Assembly: GCA_964247055.1 (NCBI GenBank)
Contig: OZ176057.1
Location: 1,240,001 to 1,304,000 of the forward strand
DNA: 64,000 bases
Direction: 5' to 3'
DNA from: Paragordius varius
Lineage: Eukaryota > Animalia > Nematomorpha
Position numbers and translations under genes: made by a program
The notes under the pieces: generated by a model
What the model was told of the DNA's origin: nothing
The model's database searches: none
Seen by the model: only the letters and a program-made list of their open reading frames with translations
In this document: positions 26,200-41,477 of the stretch, one piece after another
Layout of the letters: every line of letters begins with the position of its first letter
Numbering within the stretch: the stretch's first letter is position 1

Positions 26200-26490
26200 C
26201 CTAGCGGGCCAACAAAGTCCTATTGCCACCCTCCCGCGGTGTTGGCTGGGGCAAGAAAATGCCTATATGCTAACGGCAAACTCCAGTTTTTGATGATCTG
26301 TAAAATTATTACAATAGTTGTATACAAGGGCATGTGTACTACGTAAAAAAATCGCCTCAGACTATCACGAAGTATAAAATTATATAAATTACTTTGTGGT
26401 ACGAAATCCGAATCTGGAGTCCTACCTATATGGCTAGCAATTTTGCTTTCAAGAATCTTAAAATACTGAAAATCTTGAGCGGACATTATT
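26200..26490 (-). mobile_element. Possible decayed retroviral-type integrase fragment
   Basis: Minus strand gives SHIG, then YTCPCIQ in a shifted frame, then W(Q*)DFVGPL. This resembles the HHCC zinc finger followed by the start of the DDE core. GC-rich island. Confidence 0.3.
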
Positions 26491-28029
26491 TTGAATAAAT
26501 AAAATCCGAAATATTATCATCTCAAATCTTTAACCACTAAGTATTTATTGGTTTTACACTATATTCGGCAACAAATTTTTGTAACCAATTCAGCTGTTGA
26601 AATTGTAAGCTTTTAAAATTATCTACCATTAATAGAGCATTTAAAAGTATTTATCTAAAAGGTAATGTTTTATAAAAATTGTTTGGCAAAACTATTTTAA
26701 TAATAATAACACATTCCGTCGTATCATAGCTCGGCGCACAAATTAAAAAACAAAAATTTTCTCAATAAAAAAATGTATTCACATTCTCTGGGCGCTTTTG
26801 GTTTTAGGCATTTCGAGTCTTAATTTTTAAGATTTTTCTCGATATTGTATTAAATGATTTTCGTGCACCATATGCTTAGGGATATTTAAAAATTATATAA
26901 AACATCTGTGTAAATTTGAATGTTTTTTGTGAAAATTTATTTAATCATTATAGTTCAATAAAAGTGCTGATTTTCTAATTTACGTAAAGATTCGACTAAA
27001 ATTAATTTTTACTAATTCTAAATTAAAAAAAGTATTTATTTAAATATAATATTGCGGTTTAATAAAGAAACCTTTAACCGTCTTTTTTGGTGTGATTTTT
27101 TAAGCTATTATTAGAAAAGATTTGGTTGCCAACATTTTATCCACACATATTATATTTCAAAGTACAGTAATATAAAACGTTAGTAGAGTAAAGAGACAGC
27201 TTTTTAACCTAAGAATTTTGATTTTTTTTATGGTTTTATAATTTTGTTGGGTGGGAAATGGGTACTACAGAGGTTAATTTAAAAAATTACACAAAAAACA
27301 GCTATCATTCACTTTATCATTGCAAATAGTGGCGTTATATGATCTCAAAAATATTAGTTTCACATAACATGAATATCTTGACATATTTAAATGATTTGCT
27401 AATATAAGTTTAAAAGAGTTACTATTGGGTAATAACTGCAGGATTTTAATTTACGTGGTTGAGCATAATTGTTAAAATAATGAAACAAAATATGTTGAAT
27501 TTTTTAATCATCCCACTGCAATTTGTAATTTCAAAAAAAATATTTATTTTTTTTGAGTGGTATTTACGGCCATATACCCAATAATGTTAATAAAATTTCT
27601 TCTGTAACAGTTTACACAAGGAGCTTATGTTTGCATTGTTATAAATTTTAAGTCTTCGTATCTGATAAAAATCTTTTTATCATTAACATAAAATAACTGC
27701 ATTTGACATATTCACCAATTTTTAAGTTTATTTATCAGTTAGGATAATACAGTATTAGCAAAATTACATTGCTATATGTCATAAGTATTTACAAATAGAA
27801 TCGGGCAACATTAAATATAGTACCTATCTTGTTAGCCAATTAGCTATACAATAGCCTATAAATCATTTTTGTCTAAAATTAAATATACATATTTTATATT
27901 GTAAGATAATAAAAAATTGTCAAATATCACCTATTTTTGTTGTTTTTTACTCATACGTTACTGTATTAACAATTATTGGCCAAGTATATTTTGAAGTGGT
28001 CAACAATAAAATGAGTACTATAAAAAAGC

Positions 28030-28391
28030 ATTTTCCGTAATCATATTCTATTTATTAAACATTTATGTTTGAGTTTGCGCATATATCCAAGTTTTTTATA
28101 GTAATATACCTCCAAAGTGGGTCGTAGAGAAATCTAAGGGAGGCGGGAAAATTTTGGAGAATTAAATTATAAAATAAAACTAGAAACAAATTGAATGTTA
28201 ATGAGGATCTGAGGTGACAAATATTATAGATTTGTCCCCGATACGGAAAAAATATTTTAACAATTGCAGACACAAGATTACATTAATTTAATAATATAAT
28301 AATTTTTGCATTTTCTTTTTTGGGAAGAGACGGGGGTGAAATTTTTTTTAAATTGATGGGACGTGAACGAAAAAAAGGTTGGGAACCACTG
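28030..28391 (+). mobile_element. Decayed hAT (Charlie/Buster-type) 3' end with a transposase C-terminal remnant
   Basis: Translates to KTRNKLNVNEDLR...P (hAT C-terminal dimerisation-type motif). Ends with TIR ggttgggaaccactg followed by ttttagag, a Charlie-type target site. Left end not found. Confidence 0.55.
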
Positions 28392-29227
28392 TTTTAGAGC
28401 GTAATTAATACATCATTGGTTAGCCTATAATTATTGCTTTTTTATTTAATAAAAAAGCAATGGTTGATGACATAACTTCCCAATTGTGTGGGTAGTGTAC
28501 CCTCCTTTGGTGAACTAACTAAAGTTAAATTCCAATCACTGCCATAAAAGCATATAATAATTTAAACTTCTAAGGAACACTCAACTGTGCTAAAAACATT
28601 CAATATCCTCACAAATACAAACAAAAAGCTAAAATAAGACGTTTATTTGTTGGATTATGTATAAATTATAATTATATTTCCATACAATAAAATATATAAT
28701 AGAATATAATTACAATTATGTATGGTATGATGATGGGGAGAGGGGTAATGTTCTCAACTTGTGCGTAAAATAACTTTAAATTCCATCAATATTTTTATAA
28801 TGAATGAAATTATTAACTGTATTCCATAGTAATCATACTTTTCATGGGATTAAATTGTTTAGAGGGAGATCAAAAAAGTGTCAAATTTCATAGAACTTTA
28901 AGGGCGTTTTGAGTTTTCATTAAACTTGTAGGGGGAATATTCATTAAAAATTGGGTATGATTTTGTTTGCATTTTCAACATAATTTTTGGGATTGGTTAA
29001 AAGTATTTATGTATACAAAACTAATCATGATATAAATGTCAAGAAAATATAGAGGACAATGTACATACATACACATGTATTCTTAATAATAAAAATAAGA
29101 ATAAATTATTAAACCTATAAAACTAAACATTTTTACATTGTATATGAAAATAAGAAATTTTATTTTTTTCAAAAAAAACATAGAAAAATTATGAATCAAA
29201 TCTTAAACTATATGGAAGAGGGACAGT

Positions 29228-31108
<1,881 letters not shown>

Positions 31109-33677
31109 TTAATGTTATAAATCCCAAGTAGTAAGTAAGTCTGCTAAAATAGATATAAATATAATTTAGTACAATATAAATTGAATTAAATCACTTTAAA
31201 GATTATTAGTGGTAAGGCAAGGAAAGCATTTACTGAGTATGTAATACAATGCCCCTATCACTGGAAAGAATAGATTAAAATTCTCCATATTACAAGGGTG
31301 GGTGAATGATAAAAGATTGCCTTAAATTATATACGGAGCTGCAAACAATGAGGCTTACCAATTAAAGAGCTAGCTTAAATTATTGAAATTCGAATCAAAG
31401 CAACCAACCTTTGTTAAAAAAATATATAAATATAAAAATTTATTAGAAAATTTGTAAATGAAATTATTGTGTGCGATAATGCGACAATTCATAAAATTAG
31501 GTATTTAAGCAATAAAGACTTGTTTTCTTTATATTTAATATTGTAAAACACCTAGATGTAAAAATTATGGAAAACAACACCTTCGAATATGTCTCGTTTA
31601 TTTATCAACGCAAAAATAAGTCTTTAAAAAATATTTTAATAGGCAATCTTTTCTCATTCACCCTTGTAATATGAAAATTTTTTGTGTAAATCTATTCTTT
31701 CCAATGATAGAAATGAATGGTATTACAGTCATGTATCGTTTCAAAAATTTATTTTTTTCCGTTAAATGGGCGTTTAAATATTTGGTAAGGAATAGAAAAA
31801 ACAAGAGTTCTAAGGTAATTTTTATACATTTTTTGATGAATATGATATTGTTAATACCATAGAACTCTTGTTTTTTCCATTCTTTAACCAATTATACCAT
31901 TTAAGGTAGGAAAATAAATTTTTGCCTAAAATAAAGGATACATGACTGTGTAAAATAGAAAAAAAAATTGTGTAAATCTATTCTTTACAGTGTAATAGTA
32001 TAATAAGTTTATACATATTCTTTTTCTTTGAGTAAAATAGTAAAAATTATTATTTAATGGACATAGTAATGTTTGCATGGTCCTTTGTTTTTATAGATTA
32101 TAATATTCATTTTTTACTCCTAACATTTGTTTAATTCTTTATATAACAAATAATAAGAGATTATTTTTAGTGTAAAGTTACAAAAATCGTATAAAGCAGA
32201 ATTTAGGAGAGTTTGTTATTATGGTGACAAGAAAAGATAGGAAACACTAAAATATTACTAGTAGAGTTTAAAAACAAATGTCGTATCAAATCTAATGTTA
32301 AATAAATGCGCATTCTATATTTCATTGAACTAGACAGAAATATTTTTGTTACTAAACCAAATACTCACAATTTGATACATGTAAATTTAAGCAATTTATA
32401 AAAAACAAAAACATGAATAAATTATAATATACCACAAAAAAACACACCAAGAGAAATTATGTATAGAAAGATGGCGGGAAAATACATGACAATTTATATT
32501 TTCTAAAATAACCAGAAATCAAGAAATTACTTTTTAAAATTAAAACATTTTTACAACAAATAAAAATGTTCAACAAAAACAAAATTTAAAATACCAAAAG
32601 GGGATATGAGTGACGTCACAAATACAATAAAAATGAGACGGACATAAAAATAAAAGATAATAATAATCAAATCTAAGGCACAGCATATATTGTGGAAAAA
32701 AAATTTGTCTTTTATAAAATTAACAGTTTTTGTCATTATAATTTTAATTATAATAATGTATATGTATAAATAGTTTATATTATATATGTAATAACCAAAT
32801 TTGAAAAATAAAATTTATTTATAAAATTTGATTTTTAATATTTAATTTAGGGCTTAAAAGGCGCGGAGAGCTGCATATGACACTCCAGGCTTATAAATGG
32901 GGCTTTTAAATTTCAAAAACAGGTCATTTACCATTGTGATGAATGTAGAATAAATATCGTTTTTATGTTGGCTAAAATATCTAACTACTTTTATTTTTGC
33001 ACCAAAATTTTAAAAATCTTTTAAATTAATTAATAATTTTTTTGGGTTTAAAGAGAGATGTTTTGATTAATATTATCATTGGTTAAATTTTCGATAATCA
33101 AAATAGACATTATAGATATAATATGGATGTAATATATGCGCACTCTTTTTATCTCCTTTAATGTAACAAATTATGGAGAAATCGATTTTAATATTTAAAT
33201 ATATGTATAAAAAGATTCTAAAAAAATCATGAATATAATTGCATTTACATATGAATGTAATTCTATTCAGTTTACCAAAACAAAAAGGTAGGATATACAT
33301 GTATCTTTGTTATGCAAAGAAAAAAATGGCGGAAAATACATTAAATTAACAAAACAAACTTACAATTAATTTGATTGATAAAACATTTTGATTTTAAAGG
33401 CAAAATATTTAGTTTTAATAAAACCAAGTTAAAACCAAATTTGATAGAATTTTAGCATAAAGAATAAATCAATATACTTATGTAATTATTATATATATAC
33501 GTACTAGAGGAGATTTTTCCGAAGAATATAGGAAAAATAGATGCTAATTATAAGTAGCTTGACAAAAAAGATGTTTCAGAATTCCAGAAAACTTTGGTGG
33601 AAAAAAACAAAATGGCGATTTAATTAAATTCAGTCTGCTTTTATAAAAAGATTGTAGAATACCAAAAGGGGGTAAAG

Positions 33678-33718
33678 TGACGTCACACACAAACGTAAAA
33701 TTAAATAGATCTGATTGG
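33678..33718 (-). promoter_or_regulatory. Candidate H3.3 promoter elements: CRE/ATF site and CCAAT box
   Basis: TGACGTCA at 33678-33685 and minus-strand CCAAT at 33714-33718, upstream of a minus-strand donor (gtaagt near 33360) and acceptor (near 31146) that would form a 5'-UTR intron. YY1-like AAnATGGCG motifs lie nearby. The function is inferred. Confidence 0.45.
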
Positions 33719-34420
33719 TTCAAACTCCCGCATTATATAGTATAGTTTGTATAAATCAGATTTTAATTTTTTAATTTTAAAATATTATTTGAGTTGCGAG
33801 TAATTAATTTATATTGCACATCAATTGGCAAATTTGCATATGTTTTAAAAAAGTATCGCTTTTTGCATAAAATGTGTTTAAACCTAAATGCTTTTTAGGG
33901 TAAAATTATTAAAAGCCCATAGTGCATAAAATCCGAAGATATAAATTTTCTTGTAAATATATATAATTATATAAATGTTTCTGGTTATGGTGTTATACGA
34001 TTATTAGAAAGTGATTGGTTATGTGGTAGCTGCACCATATCAAAAAAGCTCAAAAATTCCGTCATAAAAGAAAAAATGATTATCTTAATCCATTTGGTTA
34101 TAGAAAAAAAGTAATTTTTGTGGTAACATGCGAAAAAAGAAATTTTGAGTACTCTATGCCGAATAAAATTTTCATTAGCAAAACATAAAGCTTCACTCTA
34201 AACCAGGGCTTCTTAAACTTTTGTAGTTACCGACACCATTTATGATTGCGGGTTTCTTAACGACCCCAACAAAAATAAAAGAAAAATAATATTTTCTTCG
34301 AAATAACACTTAGAAATTTTGTAATATTTATCAGTATTATTTTGGTTGAGATTGACAAAAATAAATTTACATTTTATAAATTTCTATAAAATTTTCTGAT
34401 TTAGTCAATTTTTACAAGAT

Positions 34421-36205
34421 ACTAGCTAGCCCCGTCACGCTTTGCTGTGGCATAATCTCACCAAATTAAATAATAATTTGCAATAAATAGAGTTAACACT
34501 TCGATTCGAATTGGGGTATCTATACCCCAGACTAGATTTAAATTAAAATTTTCAAATAACTACTGAAGGAAACGGTCCCAATTTAAACTTATGCTTCTAT
34601 CCTAATAAATATTACATAAATATGCCAAAGTATCCTGAAATTTTGTTTTGAAAAAAAAGTTCCATCTCAAACTACTTCGACGCCATTTTATTTTACAAAA
34701 ATTTTGCAAAATATCGTCTTCATTTAATTTAAAGGGTAAAACCAAAGCTTATTTTTTATATAAATTACATCTAACATTGATAGAAATAGAAAAAGCGGTT
34801 TATTTTGTATTATTATTTATTTTTTGACACATGTCACGTTGACTAAATTTTTACCTTTCAGTTTTAACTCAAAATAAGTAATATCAAGTATTTTTGAATA
34901 AAATTTTTTATATATTTCGGTTTATTAATGTTATATAAGTGCAAAATTTTGCCATGGTTTCGATTGCTTCCATACTTTTTAAACTATTTGATTTTAGACA
35001 GGCGTAGGGTATCCAACTACCCCAATTTGAATCGAAGGACTAAAATGAATGTGTTCTATCCAATGTTAATGGAGATAAAAAAAATAATAAAAAAAATATT
35101 TAATAAAAAGAATGTCTTTAATTATTTTTTACTGGTTTTTGCATAGGCTGTAATATTGTTTACTCAATATTTATATTTAATCTGTCCCTTATTAAAGTTA
35201 ATATTCAATTATCTTTGGATTTATTTTAAAATTTTCGTTTTGCGAAATCATGGTTAAAAGTTCTATTAGACAGCTGGTATCAAGGGATATAAAAAGTGAA
35301 TCATTTTTGGTCACTTTAAGGAAAGAATGATATTATACTAATTCCCCAGAAATGTGTTTAACTGAACTCGTATGGCTTCTTAAGTTTTTTAAAAATTAGC
35401 TCCAAATCTACACCATTTTTGTATGGCGTCTCAATATTAAAAAGGTAGACCCCTACCCATAGACCTAGATGGAAAAAGCGCTGAGTTAAATTCTTTGCCT
35501 TTAGAGGGCATATATTTGGAATCATTTTTGATACCATCGTCTCATGAGTTATTCGAAAAAATATCTCAACACTAAATAATCGTTATATGATGGCGTATTT
35601 TTAGGGCATAAAGGCCCCAAATTAACGGCTAAAAAAGCTCGACCTTGATTTTTACCTAGATACGGGTAATATTTCAAGCTTTTAATAAGCTCATACGGCT
35701 TCATATATTTTCTGTAAATTAGCTCCAAAACAACGCAATTACTATATAATGGCGCAATTTTAGCGGCTATACCCAGCAGCCAATAATAAAATAACGCAAG
35801 ACTAAAATTTTTGCCTTTTAACAGGGAATACCTGGAATCCTCAGTAATTTTAACGGTTTCATGCCTTGGGAAAAAAATTATTTAATTTTTTGAAAAAAAT
35901 GGCTTAAACGGGAACGGGTAAATAGAGAGCCTAAATTAAAAAAGTAAGCCGACTATGCTAGGCGCAATCGAAAAAAAGTAAAAAACAAATCATATTTGAA
36001 ATCGAATGGTTCAACACGTTTTCCCAAAACCCCGTTTTTTACAGGGGTGGGCCCGAACTAGGAGCCTAATTTAAAAAAGGGCGAAGCTATTGTCGGGGCA
36101 TTCATTAATGATTATTTTTTTTGACATTTGAATTTTAATGCGTCTACCCATTTTCCGGAAACAGATCACAAAGCCAGCATTTTCCATTTTTATAAATTTA
36201 TAGAT
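34421..36205 (+). mobile_element. Repeat family E, Helitron-like element nested in the hAT element
   Basis: 5' actagctagccccgtcacgctttgc resembles Lep1-type starts; 3' tatagat; the 3' half is homologous to 10850-12125 and 39350-39840. Confidence 0.5.
34497..35039. mobile_element. MITE family D, piggyBac-like, nested
   Basis: TTAA|cacttcgattcgaattgggg ... ccccaatttgaatcgaagga|ctaa; homologous to 44182-44660 and 12589. Confidence 0.7.
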
Positions 36206-36559
36206 TATAAGGATCGGAATAGAAATGCTGGTATAAACAGTTTTTCTGAATCAGAAGATTTTATGAATTTATTTACGATGATTGTTATTTTTATTCATAA
36301 CAATGATTTTATAAAAAACAATTTTTGTTAGATTGTATTTTATCACTCGCGACCCCATAATTTTGTTATGCGACCCCAAATGAAGTCGCGACCCATAGTT
36401 TAAGAAGGCCTGCTCTAAACCATTAAAATGAAACATAAACTTATTTAAAAGATTATAAAATTTTATTTTTAGATCTGGGCTACTTAAAGCCTCAAAAGAA
36501 ACGCAGAAATATTGATATTTCATACATATTTTAAATTTTTCATCAACAAAAATTTTAAA

Positions 36560-37118
36560 AATACTATTAAAATTTAACTTTTACCAAAACTATGTTGGTC
36601 CTTAAAGTAATCAAAAGTCCATTAACTTTTGGGTTAGTTTTATATAGCGGACCGATTTCGAATTCAATTATCTGAACAAGCATGCAATATATTAAGCTGA
36701 ATTTAAATATATGCTTTCGTTAGTCTTTTAGAGGCATTATAAGAAATATAAAATGTAAAAAAATCCTTATCTCAAACTTTATTGCCGTCAATTTTTTATA
36801 TAATTTTTTAAATCGGTAATTCAATAGGCAAATTGTATACTATGGTTTCAAAACTTCAAAAACTTTTAAGCTACATTTTAACAGCAACATGTATTTTTAT
36901 TTAATATTAGCTGTTTGTTTCTATCGTGCTTTGGAGCTGTCCTAATTTTAGACTCTAGAACTCACTAAGCTTTTTTGTCTGACACAATGAGAACAATGTT
37001 TGATAATTAAATTTTGACCAAAATAACTTCCAAAACTGTGATTTATTTACAAAATTAAGATCTGGTGTATTAAAACCCAATATCACAGCGGAAAAAGGTG
37101 AAAAGGTCATGAAGTGTT
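36560..37118 (-). mobile_element. Repeat family C copy
   Basis: Reverse-complement homology to 1265-1762 (atctcaaactttattgccg, attagctgtttgttt, atgagaacaatgtttga). Confidence 0.55.
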
Positions 37119-37704
37119 TAATTTTATTGAATAATTGATAAATGGATTTCCGTTAGTTCCGTTATAAATCTTGGGATTTTTAGCATATCGGTGTCCATAG
37201 ACTGCAGTTATTAGCCTGTTCTATGTTTTTTTTATATAATATAGTAAAGAAGTTCCCCATTTTTTATTTGATTTTATTATATTTATTCTGTTCATTAACC
37301 TTTTTCACTGTTTGATTGCAATCGATACCATGTCTTTATTTTTGAGAATATTTTATTTCAATAACTTCTTCCATAGCCATTTTTCGAAAGCGTCATTTTT
37401 TTAAAAAATAGGGTGGTTATAGTGTCACTTGTCAAATATAGTACCAAATTAAAAAATTAATTAATTTGATCCTTGTTTTATAGTTAACTAAGTTTTTCTA
37501 TGCTATTAATGCATAACAAAAAAATTAAAAAAATTAGTGCTATATTTTATAAAATTTTTGATTGTTAAAACGCTCTTTAAAACAATCTCTTAAATAAATC
37601 ATAATTAATGTTTATATGCCTATTATTATTATTATCATCAGTTAAATTAAAATCAAACATTAACTTTCTACAAATTCATATTAACACTAATCAATCTTTT
37701 CTTC

Positions 37705-40700
37705 ATGGGTTTTTGTACTTTTCAAAACAATATAAACAAAAATAAAATTAGTAGCCCTCAACAAAATCGAGAAACCCAAATGAGTTCTGGAGACGCTGGT
37801 CATTTGGGAGATGAAAACAATTCCAATTCGAATGATATAGAGGCCATTCCCTGTATGAATATTGTTTTCATTTTATAAAACAGGCATGTCCAGCATGCTA
37901 TTTTCGGATAGCAAAAGTACTTTAAAAAACTTAAAAAATAAAAAAATTGAATTTCATTCATAATTTTACGATTAATAAGAAAATATATCATACGAAATTG
38001 GGAATAAACAAACCAAAAATTATTTGCAGAATTCAAAGAGATTTGTGTTGGACACCTCTGTAAAAAAAAACTGCAGGCGGTATTTTAGCGTTATTAAAAT
38101 ATTAACTTTACTCTCTAACACAATGGTACTCATCAAAAAATTTTGAAATTACAAAAAAATATTTTTCTGGTTTTAAGGGTCAACATTTCACAGCTGTTTG
38201 ATACATTTGCATTCTGCAGACTGAAACTACAAGTTAGATTGACCTGATTTCACCCCTGATACCGATACTGATTTCCAAATTCTAAATAAGGACACCAAAA
38301 ATTTTATATGATTGGAATGTTTTTATTGATTGGAAAAAAAATACTTCGATTGAGTGGGAAAACATTTTCATTGACTGGAAAAATGTTTTTTGACTGGGGG
38401 CAACGATACATTTTATGTCATTCATCGTCTAGTTTCTTATAATCCCTCCTAATTTATTTTTATTCATAGGTGTTATTCAAAGCAACAACAGTTTGAATAG
38501 TGAAATATCCATAGATTATACTTATTTGTTATCTCAATATGCCCGATTTTTGCGCGTTTTATGGAATAACGGGGAAATTCAAACAGGTGATCTTGACCTT
38601 ATTATCCAAGAAAACTTTCTGAGCGACTGTGCTGACAAAAGTATTACATCATTTTAATATTTATTTATGAAAATTTAAAATTGTCATATGGAATATAGAA
38701 AAAATTATTTTTATTAAAAATAATTTTGACATAAGGACTAGGGTTGAATATAACTGAAAAATTTTATTCCGATTTTCATTAAAGGAATAACACACACAGT
38801 AATGTAGCATGCTGCATAACATGATAATAAGTCTTTAATATAAAAAAATGTATTTGCTTAGACATGGCTTATATTTAGAGATAAATTTGAAATAATTTAA
38901 AATATAAAATTTGGTGATAAACATTCTCAAACCATTTATTAATGGGTTTTAACTATATAGCTTAATATATATTTAAGATAAAAAAAAATATTCGTATTAA
39001 AGTAAATTTCCATATTTTTTTGATCTTAATACCAACTTTAATACCGGGTACCTGACAACATATTAACGTTACACTATATAAATTTTGGGGTAGTTTTCTA
39101 TCCCACTGGGGTTTTCAAACAAATCGACAATTAATTATTATTTTATGCAAAATACAGAAATAAGCCTTATATATACTTTTGGCTCAAACTAGCTAATTAA
39201 ATATTGGTTGAAAAATATAATTCATACCTTAGGTTTTGGATTATGGATCAAAAAATATTCGAATACTAGCGTAAATCTCGTGCTGCTACGCAGCCCGAAG
39301 AAGTCCTCCGGACTTCGGGGAGGGAGCTATTTGAAAAAAGTGACAATAAAATCACATATGTGGATTATTTCGAAACATTATTTAATAGCTACGATCTCAT
39401 AGGAATTTCAAAATGGTGCATTTATACTAATTTGTTTACTTGGGCGAAAAAGAGATTCAAAAATTATTGTTGTGGACTTATTTTTTTCAAAAAAATGGCA
39501 TTTTACGGGGGGGTAAAAGGAGGGCCTAAATTAAAAATGCGAGCCGACTATGTTCGGCGCAATCGAAAATAAGTAAAAAAAATCATATTTGAAATTGAAT
39601 GGTCCAACACGTTCTCCGGAAATTTTCGCAAAGATACGATTTTTGTGGACTTGTTTTCAAAAAAACCCGTTTTTCACACGGGGTGGGCCTGAACTGGGGG
39701 CCTATATCAAAAAAAGGGCGAAGCTATTGTCGGGACATTTAATGATTATATTTTTTCGATATTTGGATTTGAATGGGTCTACCGGATTTTCGAAAAGAGA
39801 TCACAAAGCCAGCATTTTCCATTTTTATAAATATATAGATTATTGATTCCAATCAAGTAGATTTGTTTCTATTTTAAGTAAATTTTAGGCTATATAAGCT
39901 GCAAATAAATTTCATCTATAATAAATTTTAAAGGTTAGAAAACTATGGCAATTAAAATATTATTGAAATTAATTTTATTTTAGATTTTAGGGCTTGGGAT
40001 TTTATTAACTCTAAACATTCATGTAATAATAATTAAGCATAAAAGTAGGTCTTTAAATCCAGTAAATTGTTTTACAAGGGTATTATAGAATATATAATGA
40101 AGTTTATTTTTACTATAATTTTTTTAGTTTTGAGGTCAATCCGAAGCTTTAAAAAGTGCCATAAATTAGAAATTTGTCTTAATTAAAAATTGGAATATGC
40201 TTATTTTATACGTATTGTAATTTTTAAGAGAAAAGAGTCAAATGCTCATAACCGATTCCCATATATCCTTATTTACATTTTAAAGTTTAAATATAGTTAG
40301 TTTTATTTTTATGGTTTCAAACTGGGCCAAAAAACCAGCAGAACCGAAAATGGGTCGATTATGGGGTTTTGGGACCGGTTCTAGAAACCGCTAATTAATT
40401 GGCTCTGAATTTTCAGATAACAACTATTTTCGGTAAATTTTAAAAGATTTTAATACATTTATTGTACGAGGAATAAAATCTTGTACGAGCTAAATAGCGT
40501 AAAGGTAAGGAACTTTATTACAATAATTATTATATTTTAAATATCTGAGTTTTGATTGAACTATGCGATTCCACCTTTCAAAAAACAAATCGAGATTAAA
40601 ATAAAATCAAAAGAGCTTTATTCGACAGACCCCTCAGCCATAAAACTTGAAAATAAGTTCCAATTCCACTGATTTTATATTTCAATAAAATTTTAAACGA

Positions 40701-41477
40701 ACATTTAAATTGCATTTAAACTTTTTTTTCTTCACAGGCACTACAGCTTTGCCAGAAAAACGATTTAAAGCGCATTCGATCGTATTGTTCAGTAAATCCA
40801 AATTTTTGCGTGAAAATGTTTTTGAACAAAATTTACAATCGACTTCTGCCACTAATATACACGCTCCCGCTCTCAATAACATTAATAAAAACTTTGAGAG
40901 ATGCGATGAATGTGCCAAAAAAACAAATTCCACCAACATTCTTGAATCGTCAAAAAAAGGAAATTCAAGACTATGTAATGAAAATACCGAAATTACTAAT
41001 GTTGAAGGCAACAATAATATAAACGATTTAGTAAAATATGAACCCATCACCCTTCCCATTGTCGTAACTCCTAAAGCGTTTCAAGTAAGTGGTTTTTAAT
41101 CAGATTAAACGCTATAATCTTCAATAATTCTTGGGACTTGTTAAAAGCCCTTACTTACTAATTTAGATATTTTATTATCTTAAAACATAAGACATCTTAT
41201 GAATTTTTTAAAAAGTGAATTATGAAACTAGTTAGTTAATTAATTGATTATTTTTTTAAAAGAATCTTGGTTTAAGGGGCTTAATTTTGCAAATTTTAGT
41301 ATAATCACGTATCGTATTATAACCATTTACATTCGTCCCTAGATTATTTTAGAGTATCTGTACACAGGCGTAAGTCGAGTCTCCAAAGAAAATTATGCCG
41401 AAGTCCAAGTTGCTTGTGAAGCTTTAGTGATTGAAAGTGATTCCCTTACGGATATTTGCAAAAATTTTCAGGAATAA
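37705..41477 (+). CDS. Small BTB/POZ-domain protein (about 266 aa)
   Basis: Exons 37705-37852, 38470-38640, 40738-41084 and 41343-41477 (TAA) are in phase. BTB motifs GDLDLII, KRFKAHSIVLFSKSKFLRE, ITLPIVVTPKAFQIILEYLYTG and ENYAEVQVACEALVI...DIC are present. The first exon and start codon are less certain. Confidence 0.85.
39188..39840 (+). mobile_element. Repeat family E copy in BTB gene intron 2
   Basis: Starts actagct and ends atatatagat; homologous to 10620-10760 and 11770-12125. Confidence 0.6.

Larger units (their letters stand above)
34204..36412. mobile_element. hAT (Charlie-like) non-autonomous element carrying nested insertions
   Basis: TIR cagggcttcttaaac / gtttaagaaggcctg (1 mismatch), perfect 8-bp TSD ctctaaac at 34196-34203 and 36413-36420, and subterminal gcgacccc repeats. 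Confidence 0.85.

Noticed and set aside
37705-37725. N-myristoylation/palmitoylation signal (MGFC) on the BTB protein
   Set aside because: There is no Ser/Thr at position 6, residue 3 is bulky, and the start codon itself is uncertain.
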